A DNA stretch of 32,000 bases, taken from Candidatus Saccharimonadota bacterium. GTDB lineage: Archaea > Micrarchaeota > Micrarchaeia > Micrarchaeales > Micrarchaeaceae. Below the pieces are notes generated by a model. That model saw only the letters and a list, made by a program, of their open reading frames with translations, was not told the origin of the DNA and did not search any database. Where the stretch lies: contig AP024486.1 of NCBI GenBank assembly GCA_021654395.1, forward strand, positions 750,001 to 782,000, read 5' to 3'. Each line of letters starts with the position of its first letter. The first letter of the stretch is position 1. This document shows, one piece after another, positions 1-8,185 of this stretch. The translations under genes were made by a program, and so were the position numbers.

Positions 1-842
1 TACCTAATCGCTTGCTTAATTGTATCTTCGTCTAGAATTGCTGGTAGCTGACCAGAGGATACATACTTATATAATAAGAGCCTAAATGCATTGAATGTAG
101 TTGAGGATACTATTGCTCCTAATATTATGAATACTGAAAATAGTATGAGGCCTATAGCTAAGAATATTGAGCTATTTAATAAGCCAGATGCTATAGCAGA
201 TGTTATCAGTACTAAAAAGCCTATTAACATCATTCCAATGCCATAAAGATCTGAATATGCTATTCCGCTGATAGTAGACCCGAATGCCTTTACAAGAGTC
301 TCAGCACTTTCTTTAACCGCTGATATAGGATCGAGCTTCTTCTCATATATAATTGGAAATGCAAATATAAGGCCTGCCCATAAGGCCATGCCTGCAGCTA
401 ATCCCAATATTATACGAGATATTCCTCTTAAACGTGATTCAATGATCCTTATTATTAATATAACTGTTGAGTAGAATAATGACCACTTAAGCAGTACAGA
501 GCCATAATCTTTAGCTTTACTTAATGCTTCGCTTAGAGAGATATTATTACCTTTCAGATGCTCATCGAATGCTATATAGAATGCCATTAGAAAGTAAGCT
601 GAAGTAAATGAAGATATAACGTAGAATATAAATAGAAGCACTATATAAACTAAAGGGCTAACTCCAGCTTGAGTTGGAGCTTGAGAGATACTAACTATAA
701 AGAATGATGCTACAATTAGTATGAACTCTAGAATTACAACAATAGCTGACGCTATTGGATATAGAAGCAGCTTCTTATCTTTAAATATCTCTTTCCTTAT
801 CTTTGATGCAATTCTCCATCCTGCTACTAATCTTTCAAACAT
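1..842 (-). CDS. Polytopic membrane protein, DUF6159-like; the C-terminal end lies beyond the window start (partial)
   Basis: Absent from the ORF track because it has no stop in the window. Minus-strand translation from the ATG at 840-842 gives MFERLVAGWRIASKIRKEIFKDKKLLLYPIASAIVVILEF... and stays open to base 1. It has several long hydrophobic segments. The N-terminus resembles DUF6159 proteins as I recall them. A CTTATAAAG box (871-879, minus sense) lies about 30 nt upstream. Confidence 0.6.
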   Translation of the reverse strand, partial: MFERLVAGWRIASKIRKEIFKDKKLLLYPIASAIVVILEFILIVASFFIVSISQAPTQAGVSPLVYIVLLFIFYVISSFTSAYFLMAFYIAFDEHLKGNNISLSEALSKAKDYGSVLLKWSLFYSTVILIIRIIESRLRGISRIILGLAAGMALWAGLIFAFPIIYEKKLDPISAVKESAETLVKAFGSTISGIAYSDLYGIGMMLIGFLVLITSAIASGLLNSSIFLAIGLILFSVFIILGAIVSSTTFNAFRLLLYKYVSSGQLPAILDEDTIKQAIR

Positions 843-924
843 ATATATCATTACATCTTATCAAACAAAACTTTATAAGTCTTATTAAAGCTCTCGATCT
901 TTAATAGAGTATCCTTATATAAGA

Positions 925-1024
925 CGCCAGGGCTGGGATTTGAACCCAGAAGGCCCACGAGGGACCACACGCTCTCTAGTATGAAACTCCAGGCGTGCGC
1001 GTTACCGGATTCCGCCACCCTGGC
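925..1024 (-). tRNA. tRNA-Ser (anticodon GGA), class II with long variable arm; 13-nt intron at canonical position 37/38 (window 974-986)
   Basis: Minus-strand read: GCCAGGG-TG-GCG-GAATCCGGTAA-CGC-G-CACGC-CTGGAG[TTTCATACTAGAG]A-GCGTG-TGGTCCCTCGTGGGCCTT-CTGGG-TTCAAAT-CCCAG-CCCTGGC-G. The acceptor, anticodon and T stems all pair, and the discriminator is G. CTGG (32-35) pairs with intron CTAG to give a 4-bp central helix flanked by 3-nt bulges. Confidence 0.8.
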
Positions 1025-1085
1025 ATAGCTATTAAGTTAATACAATATAATCTTTAAGCAAAGGAAATCTAATAAGATAATAGCT

Positions 1086-1277
1086 TCACTCCTGTATCTC
1101 TAATGCATACTCGCCTTTTAATGCTATATTTAGCTTCTTAGCAATCTCTGATCTCTCTGGATCTATAACTATTAAGAGCCTATTCCACTTTGCTGTAAGA
1201 TCCTTAGATCCGCATACAGGGCACTCTGATTTATCTGTTATATATCTACAGCTTTTACATGCTTTATAATCTGCCAT
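1086..1277 (-). CDS. spt4: Transcription elongation factor Spt4 / RNA polymerase subunit E''
   Basis: 63 aa with a zinc ribbon (CKSC...CPVCGS) followed by W...L.I.DP..S.IAK. It sits directly downstream of rpoE', the conserved archaeal order. A GGTG lies 8 nt upstream of the ATG. Confidence 0.9.
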   Translation of the reverse strand: MADYKACKSCRYITDKSECPVCGSKDLTAKWNRLLIVIDPERSEIAKKLNIALKGEYALEIQE

Positions 1278-1288
1278 AATATAACACC

Positions 1289-1855
1289 TTAACTCTTAGA
1301 CTTGGGCTTTGATCCCTTCTTACTCTCTATAAGATCTACTAATCTGCCTAAGCCTTCACCTCGCATAGTCAATGCAATCTTTGAATCTTTTACATTATCC
1401 TTTAAGCTTATAGTTGATATCTTTGCAACTATTATATCTCCTTTCTTTAGATAAACCTTGTTATCCTTTGTTACTATAGCATCAAGCTTTCTATTAAAGT
1501 GAAGCTTATCTCCGGATATCTGAGATATGTGGACTAGTGCATCTATAGGACCAACTCTAGCAAATGCTCCAAACTCTGCTAGCTCTGTAATATAGCTTCT
1601 ATAGACCTCATTAATCTTTGGCATGAAGCATAATGCCTTGAACTTTGCCTCATATACAACATCTGGCTCTCCTAAGATTATACTTCCATCGCTCGTGCTC
1701 TCAGCAGATATTATTGCAACGACTAAGCCCAGATCCTTGTCTATTCTGCCCTCATACTTGCTCTTAAAGTACTCTACTGCAACTTCATTGATATCTCTAC
1801 CAAAGTCCTTAGGCTTTAACCTGAATCTGTCTTTTATCTCATTTATATAATACAT
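1289..1855 (-). CDS. rpoE: DNA-directed RNA polymerase subunit E' (Rpo7), with S1 domain
   Basis: 188 aa with an Rpb7-like N-terminus (MYYINEIKDRFRLKPKDFG) and an S1-like C-terminal half (GAFARVGPIDALVHISQI). It keeps the conserved PIN-rpoE'-spt4 synteny and has a GGTGA SD-like motif before the ATG. Confidence 0.9.
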   Translation of the reverse strand: MYYINEIKDRFRLKPKDFGRDINEVAVEYFKSKYEGRIDKDLGLVVAIISAESTSDGSIILGEPDVVYEAKFKALCFMPKINEVYRSYITELAEFGAFARVGPIDALVHISQISGDKLHFNRKLDAIVTKDNKVYLKKGDIIVAKISTISLKDNVKDSKIALTMRGEGLGRLVDLIESKKGSKPKSKS

Positions 1856-1859
1856 ATAT

Positions 1860-2285
1860 TCACCTCAGATTATATCTGCTTATTCTATATGCTTTAACTC
1901 CTATATCCTTTAAAGCATAATAAAGCTCAGTATCATTAGTTAATACAGCTATATCTTTATCCTTTAGCATATCTGCTGTCTTAAGTATCGATCTATCTGC
2001 ATATCTATATCTATCTTTTATTATATTAATCTTTAAATGCCTTATTAAGCTTAGAGCTGCCTTTGCATATATAGCTCTTCTAATCCCTTTCTTAGCTATA
2101 CTCTTTAGCTCTCTTATAGTTGACATTAGTATATATGGCTTATATCCATGAAGCTCCTCTTGAACTATCTGATCTATCTTAATATTGTTCTCTATTGCAT
2201 ATATTATGCTGCTTGTATCTATAATAACTATCTTACTATCTGCTATGCCTTTGTAATATATCTGCATCTCTCTTAAGCTATGCAT
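1860..2285 (-). CDS. PIN-domain protein of the Fcf1/Utp24-like type (likely rRNA-processing nuclease)
   Basis: 141 aa. Has the acidic PIN motifs (VIIDTSSI near the N-terminus, VLTNDTEL near the C-terminus). It occupies the conserved archaeal position immediately upstream of rpoE'. Confidence 0.7.
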   Translation of the reverse strand: MHSLREMQIYYKGIADSKIVIIDTSSIIYAIENNIKIDQIVQEELHGYKPYILMSTIRELKSIAKKGIRRAIYAKAALSLIRHLKINIIKDRYRYADRSILKTADMLKDKDIAVLTNDTELYYALKDIGVKAYRISRYNLR

Positions 2286-2298
2286 ACCCTATCTTCTC

Positions 2299-2463
2299 TT
2301 ATGCAGCATTATGAAAAACAAGTGCATTAAATATTATTATAGCTATAGCTATAACTATTGCAAATATTACTATTACCTTTGGATCTATCTTTGGGCCTTT
2401 CCTTAAGGCATCGTAGAAGTTTGTAATTCCTGCTTGTGATTGCGGCGAGTATATCGTTGGCAT
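2299..2463 (-). CDS. secG: Preprotein translocase Sec61-beta (archaeal SecG), 54 aa
   Basis: Below the ORF-track size cut-off; found by hand translation: MPTIYSPQSQAGITNFYDALRKGPKIDPKVIVIFAIVIAIAIIIFNALVFHNAA*. It has the Sec61-beta hallmark (S)AG(L/I)xx(F/Y)YD, then K.xP, then a single C-terminal TM. It exactly fills the gap between the DUF488 and PIN genes. Confidence 0.65.
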   Translation of the reverse strand: MPTIYSPQSQAGITNFYDALRKGPKIDPKVIVIFAIVIAIAIIIFNALVFHNAA

Positions 2464-2500
2464 AATGATCTATTAATTATAAATATCTTTTTAAACTTCC

Positions 2501-2866
2501 TTAGGCTCTCTCTTCATTCAGTATGGACTCGATATACTCCTTTAAGACAACTGCATTGTTATGCTCTCTGTCACTAGAAGCATAAAGAAATGTTACTATC
2601 TCGTTCTCCTTTATTATATTAAGAAGCTTCTTAAGCGCGTTATTACTCTTAAGCTCTTCTTTATATCTTACCTTAAACTCATCCCATTTGTTAGGATCAT
2701 GTGCAAACCATTTTCTTAGATCATCAGAAGGAGCAACATCCTTTATCCATATATCTATCTTATTTGTATACTTTCTTAAGCCCCTAGGCCATAGTCTATC
2801 TACAAGAATCCTTATACCATCAGATGCCTCCATATCATCATATACTCTCTTTAACTTTATATACAT
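2501..2866 (-). CDS. DUF488 (YeaO-like) family protein
   Basis: 121 aa; RVYD...[14 protein letters not shown]......W.KDVAPS..LRKWF.HDP.KW.EF...Y..EL matches the DUF488 pattern as I recall it. Confidence 0.75.
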   Translation of the reverse strand: MYIKLKRVYDDMEASDGIRILVDRLWPRGLRKYTNKIDIWIKDVAPSDDLRKWFAHDPNKWDEFKVRYKEELKSNNALKKLLNIIKENEIVTFLYASSDREHNNAVVLKEYIESILNEERA

Positions 2867-3009
2867 CTAGACACCATACAATAATATTAGAGATTCTAAG
2901 CTTTAATACAATTAACCTCTAAAGCTTAATAATTCCTTTATTTTATCTTTGTATAAAAAGCTTATTAAATCTTTAATATAAAATTTGATTAAGGCGACTG
3001 GTGAAGGTA

Positions 3010-3390
3010 ATGGGATTCTTTGATAGATTGGGAGGAGCTTTTGGTAGTAGTGCTGCCGAGGAGCAGCTAGATGTAGATAAGCTAATTCAATCAAGCACAG
3101 ATGCATTAGATCTAGATGCGGTTGATGCAGTATCTCAAGAGCCAAAGTTCTATGTAATACCACATGTACAAGAGTCAGATGACGTAACACAAGTAATAGG
3201 CTTCTTAGATAAGGGCCATATAGTAGTACTAGATATAAGCAGATTAGCCAATAGACCAAATACATTAAAGAATGTCATAGATAGATTAAAGGAGTATACA
3301 GCAAGAGTAGGAGGAGATATGGCAAGGATCAGTGAGGAGAAGGTTCTAGTTGTACCAAGCATGGTAAAGATACTAAGAAGGAAGAGATAA
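3010..3390 (+). CDS. sepF: Cell division protein SepF (archaeal FtsZ anchor)
   Basis: MGFFDRLGG... N-terminal amphipathic segment, an acidic linker, then the DUF552/SepF core (YVIPHV.ESDDV..VIGFLDKGHIVVLDISRL....L.NVIDRL......VGGDMARISE.KVLVVP). I prefer ATG 3010 over the track's GTG 3001 because GGTGA (3000-3004) lies 5 nt upstream of it. Confidence 0.8.
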   Translation: MGFFDRLGGAFGSSAAEEQLDVDKLIQSSTDALDLDAVDAVSQEPKFYVIPHVQESDDVTQVIGFLDKGHIVVLDISRLANRPNTLKNVIDRLKEYTARVGGDMARISEEKVLVVPSMVKILRRKR

Positions 3391-3458
3391 CGTCTTAGTT
3401 TCTATTTCTTTTAGCTTATTTTAAAGATTTATAGCTCTTTCTTAAGATTATTATTAAT

Positions 3459-4064
3459 GTGAACAGTTTAAGAGTAAAGGTTGTTAGATGGAGCGATGTT
3501 AGTAGATGGTGCAGAAGGCTTGCAAAGAGTATAAGAAGAAGCGGCTATAACGCAGATCTTATAATTGCTATATCTAGAGGTGGCTTAGTACCTTCTAGAA
3601 TACTAGCAGATCTGCTTGATATAAAAGTTATACTATCATTAAAGATAGATCACTGGGTAGAGACTGCTGAGCATACAGAGCATGCAGTTGTAAGATATGA
3701 TCTCTGCAACGATCTAAGAGGCAAGAGAGCCCTTGTTGTTGATGATATAACAGATACAGGAGAGAGCATAGATCTTGCTAAAAGATATACAAAGGAGAGG
3801 CTTAATGCATCAGACGTAAAGACAGCAACTATGCAGCTCCTAAGTAGCTCTAAGATTAAGCCAGATTTTTATGGAGTATATGTAGATCAATGGGCTTGGT
3901 TTATATATCCATGGAACTATTATGAAGATACGAGGAATCTTTTAGATAAGCTAAAGATCGATTACAGATCATTAGATTACAAAAGAGTTGAGCAGCTTTT
4001 TATAGAAAGCTACTCTATAAAGCCGCCAGTCTCTATAAAGAAGATTATCGAGAATGAGATATAG
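3459..4064 (+). CDS. Purine-type phosphoribosyltransferase (type I PRTase)
   Basis: 201 aa. Has the PRPP-binding loop ALVVDDITDTGESI and an upstream IAISRGGLVPSRILAD motif. Starts at GTG, with a TTTATA box about 26-31 nt upstream (possibly leaderless). Confidence 0.75.
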   Translation: MNSLRVKVVRWSDVSRWCRRLAKSIRRSGYNADLIIAISRGGLVPSRILADLLDIKVILSLKIDHWVETAEHTEHAVVRYDLCNDLRGKRALVVDDITDTGESIDLAKRYTKERLNASDVKTATMQLLSSSKIKPDFYGVYVDQWAWFIYPWNYYEDTRNLLDKLKIDYRSLDYKRVEQLFIESYSIKPPVSIKKIIENEI

Positions 4065-4067
4065 CTG

Positions 4068-4745
4068 CTATTTAATATCTCTATCTGAAAGAGCAAGCGC
4101 TATAGCATTAACCTCCTTTGTTGTTGGGTTCGCTCTCTTCAGTATGTGTCTAAATGCATCTATAACTGCCCTCTTATTTCTTATATAGCTTAGCTTTTTA
4201 ACTCTTCTAGAGAATACAGTAACTGCTCTCTCTATATACTTATCATCGGCAGCTCTAGTAGAAGCCTTAAGATCCGTATGCGTTAACTTGTAAAGAATTA
4301 TAGCTAGTGCATGCGATATATTTAATGCGGTATACTCCTTGCTTGTCTCTATATAAACACTTAGATCGCACTCTGCTAGCTCCTCCCTTGTTAATCCATC
4401 TCCTTCTCTGCCTAGAACTATCGCTACCCTCTTAGATCTTATATATCTATCAATCTCAGATAGATTACATATATTATACAATGAGCTATCTGTCTTGCTT
4501 ATTATATCTGTTGTTCCTATAGCTAGATATCCTTTAACTGCATCCTTTATGCTCTTGTATACTTTAGCATTCTTAAGTAGATCTTTAGCATGCTTAGAAT
4601 ACATCAACGCCGTCTTACCATCTATCTTACATCTAGGATTAACAAAGACTAGATCTTTAACTCCAAAGTTCTTACATACTCTTGCTATATATCCCGCATT
4701 TATCTGATACTCTGTTCCTACAGAGACAACCCTTATATCTAACAT
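4068..4745 (-). CDS. SpoU/TrmH-family RNA 2'-O-methyltransferase (TrmJ-like)
   Basis: 225 aa with SPOUT motifs: N.G.IAR..KNFG, VAIVLGREGDGLT.EEL..CD and ALNISHALAIILY. Confidence 0.75.
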   Translation of the reverse strand: MLDIRVVSVGTEYQINAGYIARVCKNFGVKDLVFVNPRCKIDGKTALMYSKHAKDLLKNAKVYKSIKDAVKGYLAIGTTDIISKTDSSLYNICNLSEIDRYIRSKRVAIVLGREGDGLTREELAECDLSVYIETSKEYTALNISHALAIILYKLTHTDLKASTRAADDKYIERAVTVFSRRVKKLSYIRNKRAVIDAFRHILKRANPTTKEVNAIALALSDRDIK

Positions 4746-5419
4746 TACACCACTACTATATGCAATAGCGCAGGACTAAGTAATGATATAACAGCAGTTG
4801 TATTTACTAAGATATGCGTTATAATAGAAGGATAAAGCGACTTCGTCTTTTTGAATATATAGCCAGCAAGTAATGCAAATATAAGTGCAGTTATAAACTC
4901 TGATATAGATAGATAAGATGTATAATGCAGATAAGCGAAGATTAATGCACTTATAACTATACCAAATCTTGGTACTAGATACCCTCTAAACAGCAGCTCC
5001 TCGCATATAGGCGCTACTGCTGCAGCAAATATATAGAAGTATAAAGGAAAGCTTGAAAATGCTTGCTGAACATTTGTAGGCAGGTTTATGCCTGTAACTG
5101 TCTCGAATACTGCTAATAGTATCTCTAATAGGAATACAGAAGCTATAAGAGCTATTGTATAAAGTATGGCTCTCTTATTAAAGTATCTTATTGATAGCCC
5201 TAGCTCTCTATATGCTCTCTTAAATGAGACTCTATTATAAGCATATATTAGGAATGGTAGGGATGCGAAGATTAGCTCGATATCTATATTTGATATCGCA
5301 TTAAAGTTAGATTCGCTTAACAGATTCATGGAATAAGCAAGATATGCTACTATTAAGACTATAACTATAATAAAAAATAAAGAGTAAGCAGCTATTCTAA
5401 AGCTATTAAGCTTAGTCAT
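4745..5419 (-). CDS. CPBP-family intramembrane glutamic protease (CAAX protease / bacteriocin-processing type)
   Basis: 224 aa and polytopic. Has motif 1 EELLFRGYL, motif 2 FAYLH and motif 3 ITHILVN. Its start overlaps the S27ae stop, and its stop shares one nt with the methyltransferase start. Confidence 0.8.
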   Translation of the reverse strand: MTKLNSFRIAAYSLFFIIVIVLIVAYLAYSMNLLSESNFNAISNIDIELIFASLPFLIYAYNRVSFKRAYRELGLSIRYFNKRAILYTIALIASVFLLEILLAVFETVTGINLPTNVQQAFSSFPLYFYIFAAAVAPICEELLFRGYLVPRFGIVISALIFAYLHYTSYLSISEFITALIFALLAGYIFKKTKSLYPSIITHILVNTTAVISLLSPALLHIVVV

Positions 5420-5586
5420 CTTACTGCCTTCTTCTCTGCCTTCTCCGCTTTCTTAAACTCTGTATAGCCGCACTTACCACATGTAAATCTGTCTGCATGC
5501 TCTGCCATATTTGAGCCGCATCTTGGGCATCTTCTATGAGGCTTATATACATAATGCTCCTTCTTATCATCCTTATTGCTGGCCAT
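5416..5586 (-). CDS. rps27ae: Ribosomal protein S27ae (eS31)
   Basis: Zinc ribbon CPRCGS....[13 protein letters not shown] chose the internal ATG (MASNKDD...) because the longer track ORF would overlap S24e by 41 nt. Confidence 0.85.
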   Translation of the reverse strand: MASNKDDKKEHYVYKPHRRCPRCGSNMAEHADRFTCGKCGYTEFKKAEKAEKKAVR

Positions 5587-5890
5587 TGCTATCAGCCTTA
5601 TTATCCTTATCATTTAACAGTCCTGCTCTCTTAAGTATATGCTTTGGCTCTATCTTAAGAAGCTCCTCCTTGCTATTATATACATGTGCTATCGCTAATG
5701 CTTCTCTCTTACCATATAGCTGATCAATCCTCGTTATTATAGTCGCCTCTGGATTTAAGGCGAGCTTCTTACATAGCTCCTTATGAAGATCTGCTCTAGC
5801 TACTGTAGAGGTTATATCAGTTACCTTTAATCTTATCTGTCTTCTATTTAAAGCATCTATCTTTGTATCCTCTAAGATCTCTATGCGCAT
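5573..5890 (-). CDS. rps24e: Ribosomal protein S24e (eS24)
   Basis: 105 aa; N.LL.RRE... type N-terminus ([12 protein letters not shown]) and a YG...[15 protein letters not shown] core. It follows the conserved S24e-S27ae order. Confidence 0.85.
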   Translation of the reverse strand: MRIEILEDTKIDALNRRQIRLKVTDITSTVARADLHKELCKKLALNPEATIITRIDQLYGKREALAIAHVYNSKEELLKIEPKHILKRAGLLNDKDNKADSNGQQ

Positions 5891-6304
5891 TCACTCACCC
5901 TTATTAAGCACTTTAGATAGTGCTCTCCTTCCCATAGACTGAATTACCTCTACCTCCATGCCGCTAGAGATACTTCCCTTTAGATCTTCCGGTATAGGTA
6001 GCTCATAAACCTCATAAGTATCAGAGTCCATGAGCTGTGCTGTATCGTTAGTTACAGATACAACCTGTGCCTTCTTCTTCTCAACTGTTGGAACCTCAGC
6101 ATCTGCGTCAGACGGCTTTATAATAGACTTCTTAGATCCTGTAAATATGCTTAATGCTGTTATCCTCATCTTTGCAGCACCGTGCTTTCCTGGAGAGCTT
6201 ACATCTATCTCTACTATTCTGCACGGTTCACCATCTATAACAATATATCCTCCCTTCTTCAGCTCTTTTGCTGATACTATCTTTGTTTCTGGTAGCTCTG
6301 CCAT
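5891..6304 (-). CDS. eif5a: Translation initiation factor 5A (aIF5A)
   Basis: 137 aa with the hypusination loop SSPGKHGAAKMRI and an OB-fold C-terminal half. GGTGA lies 4 nt before the ATG. Confidence 0.9.
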   Translation of the reverse strand: MAELPETKIVSAKELKKGGYIVIDGEPCRIVEIDVSSPGKHGAAKMRITALSIFTGSKKSIIKPSDADAEVPTVEKKKAQVVSVTNDTAQLMDSDTYEVYELPIPEDLKGSISSGMEVEVIQSMGRRALSKVLNKGE

Positions 6305-6417
6305 TTAATCACCAATAAAGCAGTATAAGTTATATTTAATTTGATAAGCTTTATATATGCTTTTTAGTAATACGAGCATATAGACCTTAAGATGTAAGAT
6401 TTAACCCATTCGGGAGT

Positions 6418-6468
6418 TAAGGGGGTGGAAGTCCTCATCCGTAAGGGTGGGGATGGATAACCCCCTTA
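6418..6468 (+). repeat. IS left-end nested palindrome (candidate TnpA-recognised LE hairpin)
   Basis: The outer stem pairs TAAGGGGG (6418-6425) with CCCCCTTA (6461-6468). The inner hairpin is TCCTCATCC-GTAA-GGGTGGGGA (6432-6453), with G-T pairs. Confidence 0.5.
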
Positions 6469-6512
6469 TAGAAAGGCTTAAATAGTATAGTTACTATAAA
6501 ATTATTGTAACT

Positions 6513-6920
6513 ATGCGTTATAAACTCGATAGAGGTTCACATTCAGTATACGCACTTTACTATCACTATGTACAAGTAGTGAAATATAGGAGAAAAATTT
6601 TTGACAACGAAAAAATCATCGAATATCTAAAGAGCCTCATCAAAGAAATAAGCGACAACTTCAAAGTTGAAGTAATTGACATAGGAGTAGACAAAGACCA
6701 CTTCCACATGCTATTCAAAGCAAAACCCACACTCAACATACCAAAATACATAAACACAATAAAAACGATAACATCAAGAGAAATACAAAAGAATTTTCCA
6801 GAAGTAAAGGAAAAATTATGGAAAGGACACTTGTGGGCATCATCTTATTTCCTAGCAACAAGTGGGCAAGTAACACTTGAGGTGCTAAAGAAATATGTGG
6901 AAAGTCAAGGAAAAGAATAA
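6513..6920 (+). CDS. tnpA: IS200/IS605 Y1 (HUH) transposase TnpA
   Basis: 135 aa with the HUH motif DHFHMLF and the catalytic Tyr region W..SYFLATSG. The size is typical for the family. Confidence 0.9.
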   Translation: MRYKLDRGSHSVYALYYHYVQVVKYRRKIFDNEKIIEYLKSLIKEISDNFKVEVIDIGVDKDHFHMLFKAKPTLNIPKYINTIKTITSREIQKNFPEVKEKLWKGHLWASSYFLATSGQVTLEVLKKYVESQGKE

Positions 6921-8133
6921 CAAAATAACACTCTCATACAAATTCAGAATATATCCAACACATGAAGTAGAAGAAAAACTCATCAAAACAATGCAAATAG
7001 AAGCAAAACTATATAACACACTCTTAGATTATATCGAAACACAAAGAAAACAAGGAAATAAAGTAACACAATTGGATACACAAAAAATGATAACGAAACT
7101 AAACTTAGACGGAAAAGAACAAGTGTACTCAAAAGCATTACAGATGGTGAATAATATACTATGGTATAACATAAACGTATTAGTCCAATTGAAAAAACAT
7201 GGAAAGAAAGTAGGAAAACTAAGACATAAGAAAATACTTAGAATAATAGGGTATAATCAGTCTGGATTCAAGTTACTTGGTGACAAGCTTGTTCTCTCAA
7301 AGGTTGGAGAAATCAAAATCCTACTTCACAGACCAATAGAAGGGCAAATAAAAGGTGTTATAATAAAGAGGAGTAAAACGAATAAGTGGTTTGCCATATT
7401 TCAAGTTGAGCAATCTCCAAACCCCTTACCAAAGACTGGTAAAGTGATTGGTATCGACCTAGGAGTAGAGAAATTAGCTACTACATCCGATGGGATTGTA
7501 ATAGAAAATCCAAAAACATTTGATAAACTAGAGAAAAGGATAAAGATTTTGCAAAGAAGATTATCAAGGAAGAAGAAGGATTCCAAGAATTATGAAAAGG
7601 CTAAGATAAAATTAGCTAAAGTTTACGAGAGAGTAGGTAATACTCTTAATGATTATATTCACAAAATAACTTCTCAGTTAGTTAAAAATTATGATGTAAT
7701 AGTTGTTGAAAAGCTTGATATCACGAATATGGTAGAGAATTCACCCTCTACACTACGAAAGCATATTTTATATTCAAAGTTCTCCATGCTCCTCCATCAT
7801 CTCTCCTACAAGGCTGAAAGAGCTGGTAGGAGAGTGGTGGAGGTTAATCCTAAATATACATCGAGGGCCTGTTCGAGATGCGGTTTTATAGTAAACGATC
7901 TGAGATTATCAGATCGTATATTTCAATGTCCAAAATGTGGTTTTACTATTGACAGAGATTATAACGCATCTCTAAATATTTTACGTATTGGGGTTGGGAC
8001 TGCCCCACTGCCTGTGGAGGGGAAACCTCTACTATACATTCCCTTTCATGAGGGAGTGTATAGCAAGTTCCCTCTAGGAAGCAGGAAATCCCCATCGCGA
8101 GGTGGGGATGCTCCGTCCGTAAGGGCGGAGTAG
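6895..8133 (+). CDS. tnpB: TnpB (IS605 OrfB), RuvC-like RNA-guided endonuclease
   Basis: 412 aa. Has the YKFRIYPT N-terminus, RuvC-I IGIDLGV, RuvC-II VVVEKL, the zinc finger CSRCG...CPKCG and RuvC-III DRDYNASLNI. GAGGTG lies 10 nt before the ATG. Confidence 0.9.
   Translation: MWKVKEKNNKITLSYKFRIYPTHEVEEKLIKTMQIEAKLYNTLLDYIETQRKQGNKVTQLDTQKMITKLNLDGKEQVYSKALQMVNNILWYNINVLVQLKKHGKKVGKLRHKKILRIIGYNQSGFKLLGDKLVLSKVGEIKILLHRPIEGQIKGVIIKRSKTNKWFAIFQVEQSPNPLPKTGKVIGIDLGVEKLATTSDGIVIENPKTFDKLEKRIKILQRRLSRKKKDSKNYEKAKIKLAKVYERVGNTLNDYIHKITSQLVKNYDVIVVEKLDITNMVENSPSTLRKHILYSKFSMLLHHLSYKAERAGRRVVEVNPKYTSRACSRCGFIVNDLRLSDRIFQCPKCGFTIDRDYNASLNILRIGVGTAPLPVEGKPLLYIPFHEGVYSKFPLGSRKSPSRGGDAPSVRAE
8088..8130 (+). 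ncRNA. Two tandem GNRA-capped hairpins at the IS right end: candidate 3' scaffold of a TnpB omega-RNA (reRNA) and/or the RE hairpin for TnpA
   Basis: The hairpins are ATCCCCATC-GCGA-GGTGGGGAT (8088-8109) and CTCCGTCC-GTAA-GGGCGGAG (8111-8130). They lie inside the last 45 nt of tnpB, and both contain T-G pairs that would be G-U in RNA. The function is inferred from what is known of the family, not shown by the sequence. Confidence 0.4.
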
Positions 8134-8185
8134 TTCACCGAACATCTAATGCTATCTATAACTATATAAGAAGGTGCTTCAAAGA

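Larger units (their letters stand above)
6400..8145 (+). mobile_element. IS200/IS605-family insertion sequence (tnpA + tnpB); ends are approximate
   Basis: A Y1 HUH transposase gene and a tnpB gene overlap by 26 nt. They are flanked by subterminal imperfect palindromes (6418-6468 and 8088-8130) that share a GTAA-capped hairpin of related sequence. The A-rich coding strand looks compositionally unlike the neighbouring genes. The element sits between the divergent aIF5A and htpX genes. Confidence 0.8.

Noticed and set aside
1860-2285. PIN-domain gene as a toxin-antitoxin or defence nuclease
   Set aside because: There is no adjacent small antitoxin ORF. It occupies the universally conserved archaeal position upstream of rpoE'/spt4, typical of the Fcf1/Nob1-like housekeeping PIN proteins.
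2912-3362. Minus-strand ORFs (117 aa and 70 aa) overlapping sepF
   Set aside because: They are antisense to a well-supported SepF gene. The Leu/His-rich translation has no motifs and no plausible start context.
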